A DNA stretch of 63,067 bases, filler included, from Globobulimina sp. (taxonomy: Eukaryota): the NCBI GenBank assembly GCA_003354225.1. It is 29 parts of 29 records of this genome, joined end to end, with 100 filler letters (N's around TTAATTAATTAA, not from the genome) between each part and the next. Parts side by side here need not be neighbours in the genome. Positions count along the whole stretch, not along the records: positions 1 to 2,080 come from PIVH01009163.1; positions 2,181 to 4,260 come from PIVH01009164.1; positions 4,361 to 6,440 come from PIVH01009165.1; positions 6,541 to 8,620 come from PIVH01009166.1; positions 8,721 to 10,799 come from PIVH01009167.1; positions 10,900 to 12,978 come from PIVH01009168.1; 23 more parts are not named here. The stretch is one strand, 5' to 3'. This document shows positions 1 through 11,918 of this stretch, one piece after another. The notes beneath the pieces were generated by a model, which did no database searches, was not told where the DNA came from, and was given only the letters and a program-made list of their open reading frames with translations. The translations under genes were made by a program, and so were the position numbers. Within the stretch, counting starts at the first letter, position 1, and every line of letters begins with the position of its first letter.

Positions 1-490
1 AGTGTGGCACTGGTGTTACGTGAATGATATTCCTGTGTTTTGCCCGGCTATCACTCATGGCGCAGTGGGGGATATTTTATATTTTATGTCGTATAAAGAT
101 GATGGATTTATATTGGACATTGCGAGGGATATTCGTTTGATAAATGACATCGCTTTGAATGCGGTCAAGTCAGGCATGATAATATTGGGTGGCGGAGTCA
201 TTAAACATCACATTTGCAATGCCAACTTGATGAGGAATGGAGCGGATTGGAGTGTTTTTATAAATACTGGACAAGAGTTTGATGGCTCGGATAGCGGAGC
301 CAGACCGGATGAGGCAGTGTCTTGGGGAAAGATAAAATTGGATGCAAAACCGGTAAAAGTATATGGCGATGCCACTGTGTTTTGGCCGTTTGTGGTGTCG
401 GGAACCTTTGCTCATCCAAAACATCATAAAGCTTCTATTAAACCAAAAAGAAAATTAAATGATTGCTACCTTATCGATCAATTGAAATAG
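1..490 (+). CDS. DHPS: Deoxyhypusine synthase, C-terminal part (5' truncated)
   Basis: Motifs [20 protein letters not shown] and [20 protein letters not shown]. Confidence 0.96.
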   Translation, partial: VWHWCYVNDIPVFCPAITHGAVGDILYFMSYKDDGFILDIARDIRLINDIALNAVKSGMIILGGGVIKHHICNANLMRNGADWSVFINTGQEFDGSDSGARPDEAVSWGKIKLDAKPVKVYGDATVFWPFVVSGTFAHPKHHKASIKPKRKLNDCYLIDQLK

Positions 491-590
491 AGTAACATTG
501 GATTGTATGCACTTAATTGTTGTCTTCTGTCATTAACGTACAAAGAAAAAAAACTTGCTGAAAGAAACTTTTCCTTCATTCTCTGTGAAA

Positions 591-1582
591 ATGGCCTCTG
601 TTGTTGACACCAAACCTGCCTATAATCAGTATAGTGGATTAGGCGAATTGTATGACGAAGGAGAAGAAAAAATTATGGTCAGACATAATTCATTGGATTT
701 TGAGCGAGAAATTAAAGATCAACAATTAAAATTTTTTTTAAGAGACGAAGGTTTACTTTTTATGGAGAAAGAATTATATTGCTTAAAATATTTAGATTTA
801 AAAACAATAACAAATGATGAAATGGATGCATTAACCTATAATTTGAATACTTCACAAACCATTAGATTTAAAAACGCAATCAAAAGTTTACAAGGTACAG
901 TATTCAGTATTTGTGTGATTCACTGACTTATTATATTGATTAAAATGTATTTATAGCACGTTATTCTCGCGGACCAAATATAAAACCAAAAGCGACCAAA
1001 TACGACGATATATTCAAAGTTATATTAGTCGGCGATTGCAATGTTGGTAAAAGCAGCATATTATCTCGTTTCGTGAATGATGAATTTGATCCAATATATC
1101 AAACAACCTCAAGCCTTATTTGCCAAAATCAAATAATTGAGCTTGAACAAAAAAATGTAAAATTACAAATATATGATACTTCTGGATCTCACAGATTTGG
1201 AACTATTTCTAAAGCATTTTTCCGCGAAACACATGGAGTGTTAATAATTTATGACAGTACAAATCAACAAAGTTTTGATAATGTGGCAATGTGGATTGAT
1301 AAAATGGATATGTGCGTTGATGAGAAAGCGTGGAAGATTTTAGTAGCAAATAAATGCGATTTAGAGTATCAAAGAGTTATTACAAAAACTGCTGGTGAAC
1401 AATTATCAAATCAATATAATATAAAATTTATTGAATGTAGCGCCAAGACGGGAGACAGCATTGATTCTATTTTTGGTATCACTGCCTTTTATTTGTTGTC
1501 TGTTTGGGATAAACCAAACACTCAAAATCAAAATAATGACAATAAATCATTCTGTTATAAATGTTGTTGTGTTCTGTTATAA
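591..1582 (+). CDS. Rab-like small GTPase with N-terminal SAM-like helical domain; exons 591-894 and 957-1582
   Basis: GT-AG intron 895-956 joins the two ORFs in frame and restores YDDIFKVILVGDCNVGKSS; also DTSG, NKCD, ECSAK and C-terminal CCCVLL. Confidence 0.85.
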
Positions 1583-1741
1583 AAAAATGTTGGAATATTC
1601 AGTTCATACCGTCCATCCATTATATTCATTCGTATTCTCTGGCAATCTCTTAATATCTTTCAAATATCAGTCATATCCATGCTTTCTTAATATTTTCATT
1701 ATTTTGAAGAAGTTTTTCGAAGTGAGCTAGTTACTTTTACC

Positions 1742-2080
1742 ATGCTGAGGTCAAACACGACTAGTTTCTGTGCCTCAGATCAAGCATGTACCATTTGTAT
1801 CGCTGTAGCATTATGTATCTGGCTTTCAAGCGCATTGCTATTTGTATCACTTTATTCTAATGAGCACACATCATCATTTGGCAAAGAATTATTTGATAGT
1901 ATTCCCTCAATGAAATTTAAATCATTCACTCGCACTCAAACAGGAAATAAAAAAAAAACAGACAACATCATTCCAAATAAACCTACAAACTCATACTTTG
2001 AGTCAATATCAGCGGAATTATCTGCATCTGGATGGAAACCGATTTATGTGCACAACTTAAACATTAGAATGCCTGTCGAA
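1742..2080 (+). CDS. Hypothetical type II membrane protein, 3' truncated
   Basis: N-terminal hydrophobic segment; ORF runs into the linker. Confidence 0.5.
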
Positions 2081-2180
2081 NNNNNNNNNNNNNNNNNNNN
2101 NNNNNNNNNNNNNNNNNNNNNNNNTTAATTAATTAANNNNNNNNNNNNNNNNNNNNNNNNNNNNNNNNNNNNNNNNNNNN
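2081..2180. other. Artificial contig linker (first of 28; others start at 4261, 6441, 8621, 10800, 12979, 15158, 17337, 19516, 21694, 23872, 26050, 28228, 30406, 32584, 34762, 36940, 39118, 41296, 43474, 45652, 47829, 50006, 52183, 54360, 56537, 58714, 60891)
   Basis: Identical N44-TTAATTAATTAA-N44 every ~2178 bp; contig lengths fall monotonically from 2080 to 2077. Confidence 0.99.
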
Positions 2181-2425
2181 CCATCGTTCCATTTCATATT
2201 CCATAACAGCGGAAATACTGTTTTTATATCACTTGGCATAAAACGCATAATTTGTCCGTTCCTATATCGCATTATTACATTTTATATACAATATATTATT
2301 ACATACAAACAAAAGTAAACATAAACTGTATACCAATAGAAATATGACTTTATAGCATCTGATTCCTTCATTATAAACGACATTGTAACCAAGGAACCCT
2401 TTTATTTGTTATTAGCATATCCAAA

Positions 2426-3847
2426 TTAACCGTGCACAACAAATAGAAAACTGTACCATACCTTACAATGACTGGACGAGCCAATATTAGCATTCAATAT
2501 TTTTTCTTCCGTTTTATTGGAATCACTTTCGTCTAATTTCGCATTCTCTGCTTCTTTGCCATCTCCATACTCCTTATTTGGTAACAAACTCGTTCGCGAT
2601 GAGCTCACATACCATTCAGACACAGCGCCCTTTGGAATTGCCCGACAATTATCTGGCGGCGTATACATCCAAATACTGTCATTTGGCGGCTTCTTTGTTT
2701 TGGCGCCTCGCCGATCAATAAAACTCACAAATCTGGCTTCAAACGGATACGCGTCTTTTTTATGTTGATATGAATTCTTATCCAATGTTTCACGCAATTC
2801 CTTAAATATATTCCCATACATTCTCGCTTGAGGTTGCTCAAAATCGGCATGGTGATGTCCCAATGCGTATTTTAATTTATTTTTCTTCAATTTATGCTCA
2901 ATGTCTCCAATACAATCAAAATATTTAAGAGCACTATGATTTGGATCATCGTCATCAGCATTTTTCTCATCAGCTGGTTGTGTATCGACTATATTTTTAG
3001 CTCTTTTTGGTTTTCCAACGGCGACACATAAATCCATTTGAAATGGACAAACACCGCTATTGCTTGGATTATTTATTAAATTACCTATCCATTCTATGGC
3101 TGTTGCAATATATTTTACATAGATTTCTAAGGAATCATCGATTAAAATAAAAGTTTGACAAAGTATTTCGAATATGTCTCCTTCCGCCCATCTGCAAGAT
3201 TCCCAGTTAACTGCAGAAACATTTCCGTGTTTATAACGTAAACTAATCAGACGCAATTGAGATCCCATTAAACGATACGCTCTGAATATGTTAGCTTCTA
3301 ATGAACGCCATTCAGGTTCAAGAGGACAATACAAAACTTGTTTGAGCTGTGATTCATATCTGGTATTCATAATCATTGGTTTTGCATAGAAAAACAATAT
3401 CAAACCTACGACATCGCATGGTATCAGTTTAATTTTTTGGTCTCGAACAAATCCATACACTGCATCCATATATACTCTTTTATATGTTCTCTGGTAATGA
3501 TAATTGCAGGTTGTTTAACTGCAGCTGTCGTTGCAATTGGTTTTGCCTCTTTTATCTCCAGAGAAGGAATCATTTGAATGACCTGTGATTGAAATACTTC
3601 CTGCGAAGCAAAAGTATATAATAATTCACTACATTCAAATGTTACTGAATCTTGCGCAAATCGATGGGTCCATTTGTTTTTTAATAGGTCCCGTAAATGA
3701 CCATTTATATTGGATCTGTTTTCTGTTGGCATTTTTCTGTGCCATTTAAATGTAATATCAACCATCATATCCATTTTCGAGATTAATCCAAGATCATTGA
3801 TCAATGATTCACATTCAATCGGATGCAAAATATAATTCTTTGGCATT
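2426..3847 (-). CDS. Hypothetical protein, apparently split by a frameshift near 3470
   Basis: Overlapping ORFs 3424-3906 and 2426-3469 join if 2 nt are removed from an (AT)n run; contains the VYGFVR..IP.DVV.LILFFY motif. Confidence 0.5.
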
Positions 3848-4480
3848 AAAAAAATAATCTCAGCCGAGTGACAAAACAGTATACAAATATTTGATATTGA
3901 TATCAATGCATTGGTGTTATTTAATAGTATTTTGTTTCATAAATTTATGCTTCATCCAATGAAATTCATTTAGCAAATCGTTAAAGTTTAATTTGATAAT
4001 AGATTTTTTATACGTATGATATGCTAATAATTGTTCAATATATGCAGGTAATTCCAATGCAGGTAATTCCAATGCATTTGTTTGCGAATTAAATCTCGCT
4101 AAAACATGATTAATGAGGTTAATTCAACATACATTTTTGATGTCTTTTATTTGATGTTATAGGCTGTTTGCAGACAGATAAACCGTTAACCATTCTGACA
4201 ATACTGTTCAATGGTTGTATATATTTTTTTATAACCTGTCCATTTACCATTATACCATTGNNNNNNNNNNNNNNNNNNNNNNNNNNNNNNNNNNNNNNNN
4301 NNNNTTAATTAATTAANNNNNNNNNNNNNNNNNNNNNNNNNNNNNNNNNNNNNNNNNNNNCGATGGATATTTCTGCCAGTTTGATGTACCTATTCTGGTT
4401 ACTAATACTTGCAAAGGCCGTGTAAATACCACTGCCGATACATTTTTTGCTAATTTGCTGGATTGTGTTTGATTAGTCAA

Positions 4481-6348
4481 TAGGCATTTTTGCTTTATAA
4501 AAATCGTAAAATCTAATCTAACATCTTTAGCAAACCCCATTTTTACTACATTTTTATCTTGACTCACTTGCTCCAATGACTACACAACACGCTGAGCCAA
4601 AATTCAGGTGCAATTCATGTTTACGCAAATTCCATACGTCGAAAGAATTAAAATTTAAGCATGGCCAAGTACTGTTGAGTCAAGACAAAGAGAAATGTTC
4701 ATTCGGCAGAATTATTTTACAATTTTTATCGGTGAGAGCGTGGAGATATATATGTAAAGGTTGTGAAGCAGCAGAATTGAACCAAAATAAAATGCATATT
4801 AGTATGAATAATGGAAGAATTATTGAGTTGTCATCTGATGAATGGGTTAGTTTTTGCAATGAATATCAAGACATTGCTCTACATTATAATTTTGGTAAAG
4901 GCTTAGATAAATTTGGACAACATAGTGCTTGGAAAGTTGCAGCTGATACTCCAACGTGGTTTAAATATGGAGGATATAAAACATATTCGGTTTTATCATT
5001 TTTTGCTCCAAAAGCGAGTGAGCATAAACATAATGTAATTAGCGATGATGTACCACCTACATATGATACGTCGGGTGTTCGTTTTAATGAATGTGAGTTT
5101 GAAGCAATGATTGATTTTTTTATATTAAAGAATTTTGCACAAATAATGAAAAAAGGTGACTGGATAAAGGAGCAAAAAATGCCAGAACATATGCATGCCA
5201 ATAATTTGCCATATCGCAACCCGAACTCATATGATGCTCTGTATGTTTGTGTATAACTTAAATAATTTGTATTTGTATATAATTATAAAATATATTATTA
5301 TAGTTTTGGCCGTGTAGAAAAATCTGCACAACAAGGTAAGGTACATAAATTATTAAAAAATAAACGCATATCAAAGAAATATGAAAAATTGATTAAACAA
5401 ATTGAAGATGCAAAGAAAGAGAAATATAATATGGGGACAACAAAAGACACATCAATATCAGCAGCAAAAAATGGTTTATTTGCAAAGGATCATAGAGAGG
5501 ATAAAAAAAATGAGAAAAAGAAGGAAACTGAAAATGAGAATGATTTGATTACAAATGGATTAAAAAATCATTCTAAAAAATTTCATGACAAAAAATATTT
5601 TCAAGAACAAAATTTGGAATGCTCCAAAAAGCAAACAGCTATATTGGGTACAATTGGTCATAATTTATCATTGATGGGAATGACAAGTGATGATTATTTT
5701 GGCGATTTGGTCGTGTATGTTACAATGGAATATTTGCCGGAAAGTGAGCGTAAAAAAGTAGTTAATATTATTGAGAAACATAAAAATCAATTTTCAGTTA
5801 TATGGGGTGTAGTTGTTAGACAAGGTACCATCAAATGGACAAATACTGCAAAAAATAAGTTGATTGCAAAAACAATGAAACAAATCACAAAAACTGATGA
5901 ATAATTGATTTCTATATATAACTTTGTAATTTATAATTTATAATTTATAACACATACTTTCTATTGGTGAACAACTACTTTTTGGTGTAAACAAAACAGA
6001 AACACCTCCATTTTATTGGTTGCCACCTGCTTTGGGTGTAAACAAACATATTTAGACAGGACATATTCAAACGAGACATATTCAAACTAAACATATTCAA
6101 AGATGCGACTTATAAAATTATACACAAAAATGGCTTGTGATATATTTCCAATGGCTTGTGATGGTAACTCATTCTCAATTCCATTATTCAATTCATTCTC
6201 ATTATTCAATGATGACAATATAACATTTGTTGTTGAGTTGCTCTCCGTGGCATTGGAGCAAGTGAGTTAAGTAAAAAATGTAGTAAAAAGGGGGTTTGCT
6301 AAAGATGTTAGATTAGATTTTACGATTTTTATAAAGCAAAAATGCCTA
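4481..6348. repeat. ~98-bp inverted repeat pair (4481-4578 and 6251-6348) enclosing the zinc-finger gene; possible TIR element
   Basis: TAGGCATTTTTGCTTTATAAAAATCGTAAAATCTAATCTAACATCTTTAGCAAACCCC...CTCACTTGCTCCAATG and its near-perfect reverse complement. Confidence 0.9.
4576..5904 (+). CDS. Hypothetical ~421-aa protein with N-terminal zinc-finger-like motifs; exons 4576-5240 and 5304-5904
   Basis: GTATGT...TATAG intron 5241-5303 joins the ORFs in frame; FRCNSCLRKFHTSKELKFKH and CKGC. Confidence 0.7.
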
Positions 6349-6540
6349 ATTGCAACAAGAAATAAGAGTTTACGAAGTTTTTTATTTTTTCGACAGTCTT
6401 GCTATTTGACGTTCAATGTATCAGATCTGCAAAACGAAAGNNNNNNNNNNNNNNNNNNNNNNNNNNNNNNNNNNNNNNNNNNNNTTAATTAATTAANNNN
6501 NNNNNNNNNNNNNNNNNNNNNNNNNNNNNNNNNNNNNNNN

Positions 6541-7069
6541 CATCCCAACATATTTAATGGACCGAGAAGGCGTATCTCGATCGAAAATATTATCCAATAC
6601 AATCAAACAAAAACGAAAGGAAAAGGCTGGAAAATGGGATGTGCCAATAAGGAAAATGAGGAATGTGCCGGAAGCTGAAATATTTAAAGTTTTACGATCT
6701 GGAAAAACGAAAAGGAAACAATGGAAACGAATGGTAACCAAAGTTTGTTTTGTTCCGCCGCATTTTGTGCGAAAACCTCCGAAATTTGAGCGATTTATCC
6801 GGCCCGCGGCCCTCCGATTTAAAAAGGCAAATGTCACACATCCTGAATTAAAAACTACTTTCCATTTAAAGATAATTGCCGTCAAAAAGAACCCACATTC
6901 TTCGTTATATTCTTCATTGGGAGTCATCACAAAGGGAACTATTTTGGAAGTGAATGTATCTGAATTGGGTCTGGTCACTCCCTCTGGAAAGATTGTGTGG
7001 GGCAAATATGCGCAAGTTACCAATAACCCAGAAATGGATGGATGTATCAATGCGGTGTTATTGGTTTAG
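6541..7069 (+). CDS. NSA2: Ribosome biogenesis protein NSA2 (5' truncated)
   Basis: [61 protein letters not shown]. Confidence 0.97.
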
Positions 7070-7178
7070 ACATGCTCTTTGATTCATTGTTTTATATTAA
7101 TGATATTATCCTTGCACTCAGTCAAATGTTAACAAGAATTACAAGAAACGATTAAATTGCAAACAAACAGTGTCAAAT

Positions 7179-7800
7179 TTATTGTTTCTCGTCTTGAATG
7201 TTAAAATATCTTAATTCATAGGAAGTTTTTTTGTCGGCGATAACCCGCACATAATCCCTTAAGCCATGTCTTTTGAGATACCGTTTGGTTAAAAATTTTA
7301 AATAATATTTGGGGAATGGTTTCTTACTCATTACATGCACGGTCGATACTGATTTTTGTACATTTACAGTTCGGCCTGGTCCCACTGCACCAGTCTTGCC
7401 ATCCACTTTAAAATGTTCTTTTATATATTTTACAAATTCATCCACATCAAATATATCATCTTCCACTGGTTTACGACATCGGATTTGAAATTTGGAGGTG
7501 GCTTTGGCTCGAAGCGCCTGTATTTTCGCACGGCGCACAACACGATCCCGATATTCTTTTTTTCGACGGATCACTCTTTTTTGCGCCTTGGTCTATGTGT
7601 TAAAACCATGACATTTTATAAGTCAGCAAATTAATCATAAATAAGGTATTTCTTACTTTTATATCCTTTTTTTTTCTTTTTATGAATTTTTTGGATTTTT
7701 TACGTGGTGCTTTCTCGACTTTTTTCCCTTTTTCTGCTTGTTCTGCTTGTTCTGATTGTGCTGATTGTTCTGATTGTTCTGATATTGGGCTGTCAGACAT
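7179..7800 (-). CDS. RPL22: 60S ribosomal protein eL22 with N-terminal extension; exons 7800-7657 and 7592-7179
   Basis: C.KPVEDDIFD, FKVDGKTG, YLKFLTKRYLKRHGLRDYVRVIA, YELRYFNI; phase-0 intron 7593-7656. Confidence 0.92.
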
Positions 7801-7907
7801 ATTTGATTGCAGTGTCTGAGATTGAAGCTTAAACTGAGCCGATCCAAGGATCCAACAAAGAAAGTTTTTGTGTTTTCTGTTCAAACTACACTAAATCCTG
7901 TACTAAA

Positions 7908-8570
7908 ATGGCACAAGAAGCAAAGCAAGAGACAAAAGAAGCAGACACAGCTAAAAAATCAGAATTAAAATTCGTCGACACAAAGACTATTGTAATTGAT
8001 AATGGTACCAGCCATATCAAAGCAGGCCATGGCGGTGATGATTTACCACGTATATGTATGCCAAATGTGATTGGGAGATCTCAAGAATCAGATATGATAT
8101 TATATGGCCATCATGCATATCTGGCGCAAAATGCAGTGGATATCAGCCATCCTATGAAATATTCATTAATTGAGAACTGGAAAGATATTGAATTAATATG
8201 GGATTATATTTTAAGAAAACGATTAAAAGTCGATCCGACCGAGCAAAATATATTACTGACTGAACCATGTTTACATCCAAAAGCAAACCGAGAAAAATGT
8301 ATTGAATTATTTTTTGAAAAATTTAATGTGGCCAAATTTTATCTCGCTATCACCGGCGTATTAGCATTGTATGCAAGCGGGAGGAAAACAGGCGTAGTGT
8401 TGGACTGTGGCCATGGAGTGACCCATACTGTGCCGGTGATTGATGGCTATGCTGTTCCAAAAGCCATTCGTCGATGTGATTTGGGTGGGGATCAAATCTC
8501 GAAGCATTTGGCTGCATTATTGGGAGATAAATGCGAAAATGCGACAGCATTTGTTATGTTTTATAATTAA
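7908..8570 (+). CDS. Actin-like / actin-related protein, N-terminal half (last codons probably intronic)
   Basis: IVIDNGT..IKAG, LLTEP..HPKANREK, LALYASGRKTGVVLDCGHGVTHTVPV.DGY. Confidence 0.92.
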   Translation: MAQEAKQETKEADTAKKSELKFVDTKTIVIDNGTSHIKAGHGGDDLPRICMPNVIGRSQESDMILYGHHAYLAQNAVDISHPMKYSLIENWKDIELIWDYILRKRLKVDPTEQNILLTEPCLHPKANREKCIELFFEKFNVAKFYLAITGVLALYASGRKTGVVLDCGHGVTHTVPVIDGYAVPKAIRRCDLGGDQISKHLAALLGDKCENATAFVMFYN

Positions 8571-8720
8571 CTATAAATATATTAATATTTAATATATATA
8601 TATAATATATAATATGCAGTNNNNNNNNNNNNNNNNNNNNNNNNNNNNNNNNNNNNNNNNNNNNTTAATTAATTAANNNNNNNNNNNNNNNNNNNNNNNN
8701 NNNNNNNNNNNNNNNNNNNN

Positions 8721-8965
8721 AAGTCTTTTGTGAGTTTATTTTTGGAGCGGACGCCAATCACATGAACGGAGGGTAATTTTAGCGCTAATTCTTGTGGGGT
8801 CAAACGGTCGGCAGTCTCCACGTTAAATCCGTTTTGCACAAAGTAATCCACTGCCTTTTGAGAGATCTTCTCCATTAATAATATGTTTATTTTGTTTTTT
8901 GGAAAGGAGGTGAGCGGTGCCGAGACTTTCTTTTCTTCCTCGGAAGCTTTGGTATCTGTACTCAT
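8721..8965 (-). CDS. serA: D-3-phosphoglycerate dehydrogenase (SerA type), N-terminus
   Basis: SFPKNKINILLME...HVIGVRSK resembles the E. coli/yeast-type SerA N-terminus. Confidence 0.75.
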
Positions 8966-9098
8966 ATTGTTACGCAATTGAAATTAAGAGCTCTGTGTTA
9001 GGGCAGGATGAATGAAGAGTTGCTTAAGCTGTTTTGAGCGGAGAATGTTATTTATTTAACAAAAGATTTAAACTCAACAAAAAGCGGAACACATTCTT

Positions 9099-10799
9099 TC
9101 ACTCATCATCATCATCAAAAATATCAAGCATTGAAATGATAATTTTCGAGATATCATTTCCAAACAATACAATTAAATGTTTTTCACGAATTGGTGCTAG
9201 ATATATTTTATCATAATACAAATTTAATTTGTTTCCAAATTTTTCCACATCTAAACTGCTGTACGTATTAAAATAGCCATGTCCCGGCGCAATATGCCAT
9301 GTTAAATACTCAAACTTGATATTTATAACAAACATTACCATCCAAATAGCAAAGGCTAACAACCAGGCAAATGTCATTATGCCTTGCAACAATTCGATCT
9401 CTGCGATGTCAATGACGCACAAAATAATAAACGGATATAATAAATTCACAATGCGACTCAAAAAATGCAATGGGAATAAAATAAAAAAGATAATGCTTAT
9501 CCATATCCTTCCAATGGAATACAATGCGTATTTTCCATCATCTCTCCTTCCTTGCGATCCTAATTGTTTTTGTTGATTGTATTCCTTATAAACATCTCTG
9601 GGGAGAGACATAAAAAAATTAAGGAAATGTGCTTTGATCTGTGCTTTTTCCGGGTATAATGGAGCTGTTCTGTATCTTAATTCTGATAAGGTGACCTTTC
9701 TATAACTTGTTGCTTCATTCCGTAACAAATAGGCTTGAAATATACGATTATTATGCAATTTGGATACAAACATACACCGATTGACACAGCAAATGCGTAC
9801 TATTTCATCCTGCTTTGATGTGGCGGCATAAATCCAATTGAATACACTGATAAATAATGAACTACGTTTGGTCGAACCTATATATTTATGTATCACCATT
9901 GGATATCCTGGCACTTTAATTATAAATGGCAAACCTGTAAATCGTTCATGATTAACTAAAAAAAAAAAGAAAGCAATTGGACATAAACAGGCAACTTCCA
10001 ATAACAACAATGACAATGCAGCGCCACAAACATATAAAATTAATGTTAATATACATAGCGCCAACTGAACGCAGCATATTTGAAATATATTCCAGTTTGC
10101 TTTTCTTGTCGATGATATTTCATGTTTCCAACAGCCAGTCAGAAACATCAAAGCCATGGCACCTCCGATGAATAAAATTAATGAACCATTAATTATCATA
10201 CTTTTGTACAGCCAGACCAGCCCAAAACTGGTGATTTTTCCAGGATTGGTGGGATTATAAAATATCCACGAAATCAACATGAAAATACCAAAGAAATCAG
10301 TGACCAGCGAGAGCCAGTTAAATATAAACACTTTAATTTCAATGGCATAGCTAAACACCATTGATTTTGTGCATACCGAAACTAGCGAGATCAAGATAGA
10401 AATGACACTGATTATTTGTGTCTCATTATAATATACAATGGCTATCATTTGGAGTATTGACTGCGGAAAAGCCTCGATGACAGCCTCTAAAATAAAGCCC
10501 ATATGTTTTTCAAATTTCTCCTTTATCCATCGTGTGATTTGTGGCTCATTCTTGTCGGCAACGGAGGACTCATCCGTATCTAAACCAAAATATCGCAATA
10601 TGGACGAGATGCAATTGTCGGGACGCGATGCCCAATAAAAAATAAATGACATTATTGGAGCAAAGGGTAACATACAAATAAAGACTAGAATTTTGCGTTT
10701 AATTGATACATTACTCGATTCCGCAAAACGTAATGTGAATGCTATTGTATATGCGAGTTGAGCTAATATCATAATTATCACTGATAAATAGAAAAATGC
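9099..10799 (-). CDS. XK-related (Xkr-like) multi-pass membrane protein, 5' truncated
   Basis: EAVIEAFPQSILQ motif followed by several TM helices. Confidence 0.7.
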   Translation of the reverse strand, partial: AFFYLSVIIMILAQLAYTIAFTLRFAESSNVSIKRKILVFICMLPFAPIMSFIFYWASRPDNCISSILRYFGLDTDESSVADKNEPQITRWIKEKFEKHMGFILEAVIEAFPQSILQMIAIVYYNETQIISVISILISLVSVCTKSMVFSYAIEIKVFIFNWLSLVTDFFGIFMLISWIFYNPTNPGKITSFGLVWLYKSMIINGSLILFIGGAMALMFLTGCWKHEISSTRKANWNIFQICCVQLALCILTLILYVCGAALSLLLLEVACLCPIAFFFFLVNHERFTGLPFIIKVPGYPMVIHKYIGSTKRSSLFISVFNWIYAATSKQDEIVRICCVNRCMFVSKLHNNRIFQAYLLRNEATSYRKVTLSELRYRTAPLYPEKAQIKAHFLNFFMSLPRDVYKEYNQQKQLGSQGRRDDGKYALYSIGRIWISIIFFILFPLHFLSRIVNLLYPFIILCVIDIAEIELLQGIMTFAWLLAFAIWMVMFVINIKFEYLTWHIAPGHGYFNTYSSLDVEKFGNKLNLYYDKIYLAPIREKHLIVLFGNDISKIIISMLDIFDDDDE

Positions 10800-11082
10800 N
10801 NNNNNNNNNNNNNNNNNNNNNNNNNNNNNNNNNNNNNNNNNNNTTAATTAATTAANNNNNNNNNNNNNNNNNNNNNNNNNNNNNNNNNNNNNNNNNNNNT
10901 AATGGATTATTTGAATACACACCATATTTATTCATCAAATAATACAATTGCATTGCAATGGCAATGGCTATTTTGAGGATGTACGCAATTTCGCACTCAA
11001 ACAGTATTATGGGATAAATAAATATGGTGTGTGTCGTGTCATTACTGTCATACTTATTACTTAGATCTAATTTAATTTCAAT

Positions 11083-11706
11083 ATGGCAATGAAACGAGAT
11101 TATGATTATTTATTTAAATTAGTACTGATTGGAGACAGTGGAGTGGGTAAATCTTGCTTATTGTTGCGTTTTGCGGATGATTCATTTACCGATTCCTACA
11201 TTAGTACCATTGGCGTAGATTTTCGTTTTCGAACCGTGAATATCGATATGAAAACAGTAAAATTGCAGATATGGGACACCGCCGGACAGGAGAGATTCCG
11301 CACTATCACCTCGGCGTATTATCGCGGCGCGCATGGCATCATAATGGTATATGATGTCACAAACTATGAGTCCTTTGAACATGTGGAAGAGTGGTTAAAT
11401 GAAGTTAATAGACATGCATCTGAATCTACATTAAAATTATTAGTGGGAAATAAGGCAGATTTACAGGACGATAAAAAAGTGAGATCTGATGAAGCCAAAA
11501 AATTTGCTGATACGTTAGGTATTTCATTCTTAGAAACCTCTGCCAAAAATGCAACAAATGTTGAGGCTGCTTTTTTGACCATGGCCAAACAACTAATCCA
11601 AGCAAAGGAATTGATTGGAGTCACAAAAACACCACAAACTGGAAATGTTATTGTTTCCGGGAATAGTAATCATGATAAAAAAAGGGGTTGTTGTAATATA
11701 ATATAA
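11083..11706 (+). CDS. RAB1: Rab1/Ypt1 GTPase
   Basis: [52 protein letters not shown]-terminal GCC. Confidence 0.97.
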   Translation: MAMKRDYDYLFKLVLIGDSGVGKSCLLLRFADDSFTDSYISTIGVDFRFRTVNIDMKTVKLQIWDTAGQERFRTITSAYYRGAHGIIMVYDVTNYESFEHVEEWLNEVNRHASESTLKLLVGNKADLQDDKKVRSDEAKKFADTLGISFLETSAKNATNVEAAFLTMAKQLIQAKELIGVTKTPQTGNVIVSGNSNHDKKRGCCNII

Positions 11707-11918
11707 TAGGACATAGGACATAGAGCATAGAACACCTAATCTAATTATTAATCAATTCATATTATTGCATATTGCATATTGTATCAAATTTTTTTGTTCC
11801 GCTTTTTTTATTTATTGATATGTTTGAGTTTGCATTCTTTTCACTGGTTCGTTTTTTGCATCTTGCATTAATTGACTTTTCCATCATAGAAACTAAAAAT
11901 TAAGTAATTATATAAAGG

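Noticed and set aside
2125-2136. Regularly spaced TTAATTAATTAA as a biological repeat, CRISPR or nanochromosome end
   Set aside because: Always embedded in fixed N runs; it is a six-frame-stop concatenation linker. ORFs ending in X...LIN are artifacts.
4042-4076. ATGCAGGTAATTCCA tandem duplication
   Set aside because: Only two units, no spacers; an ordinary local duplication.
6493-7050. Long antisense and alternate-frame ORFs (e.g. 6493-7050, 14727-15074, 18427-18912, 31279-31821, 53652-54230)
   Set aside because: Shadows of better-supported genes; no motifs of their own.
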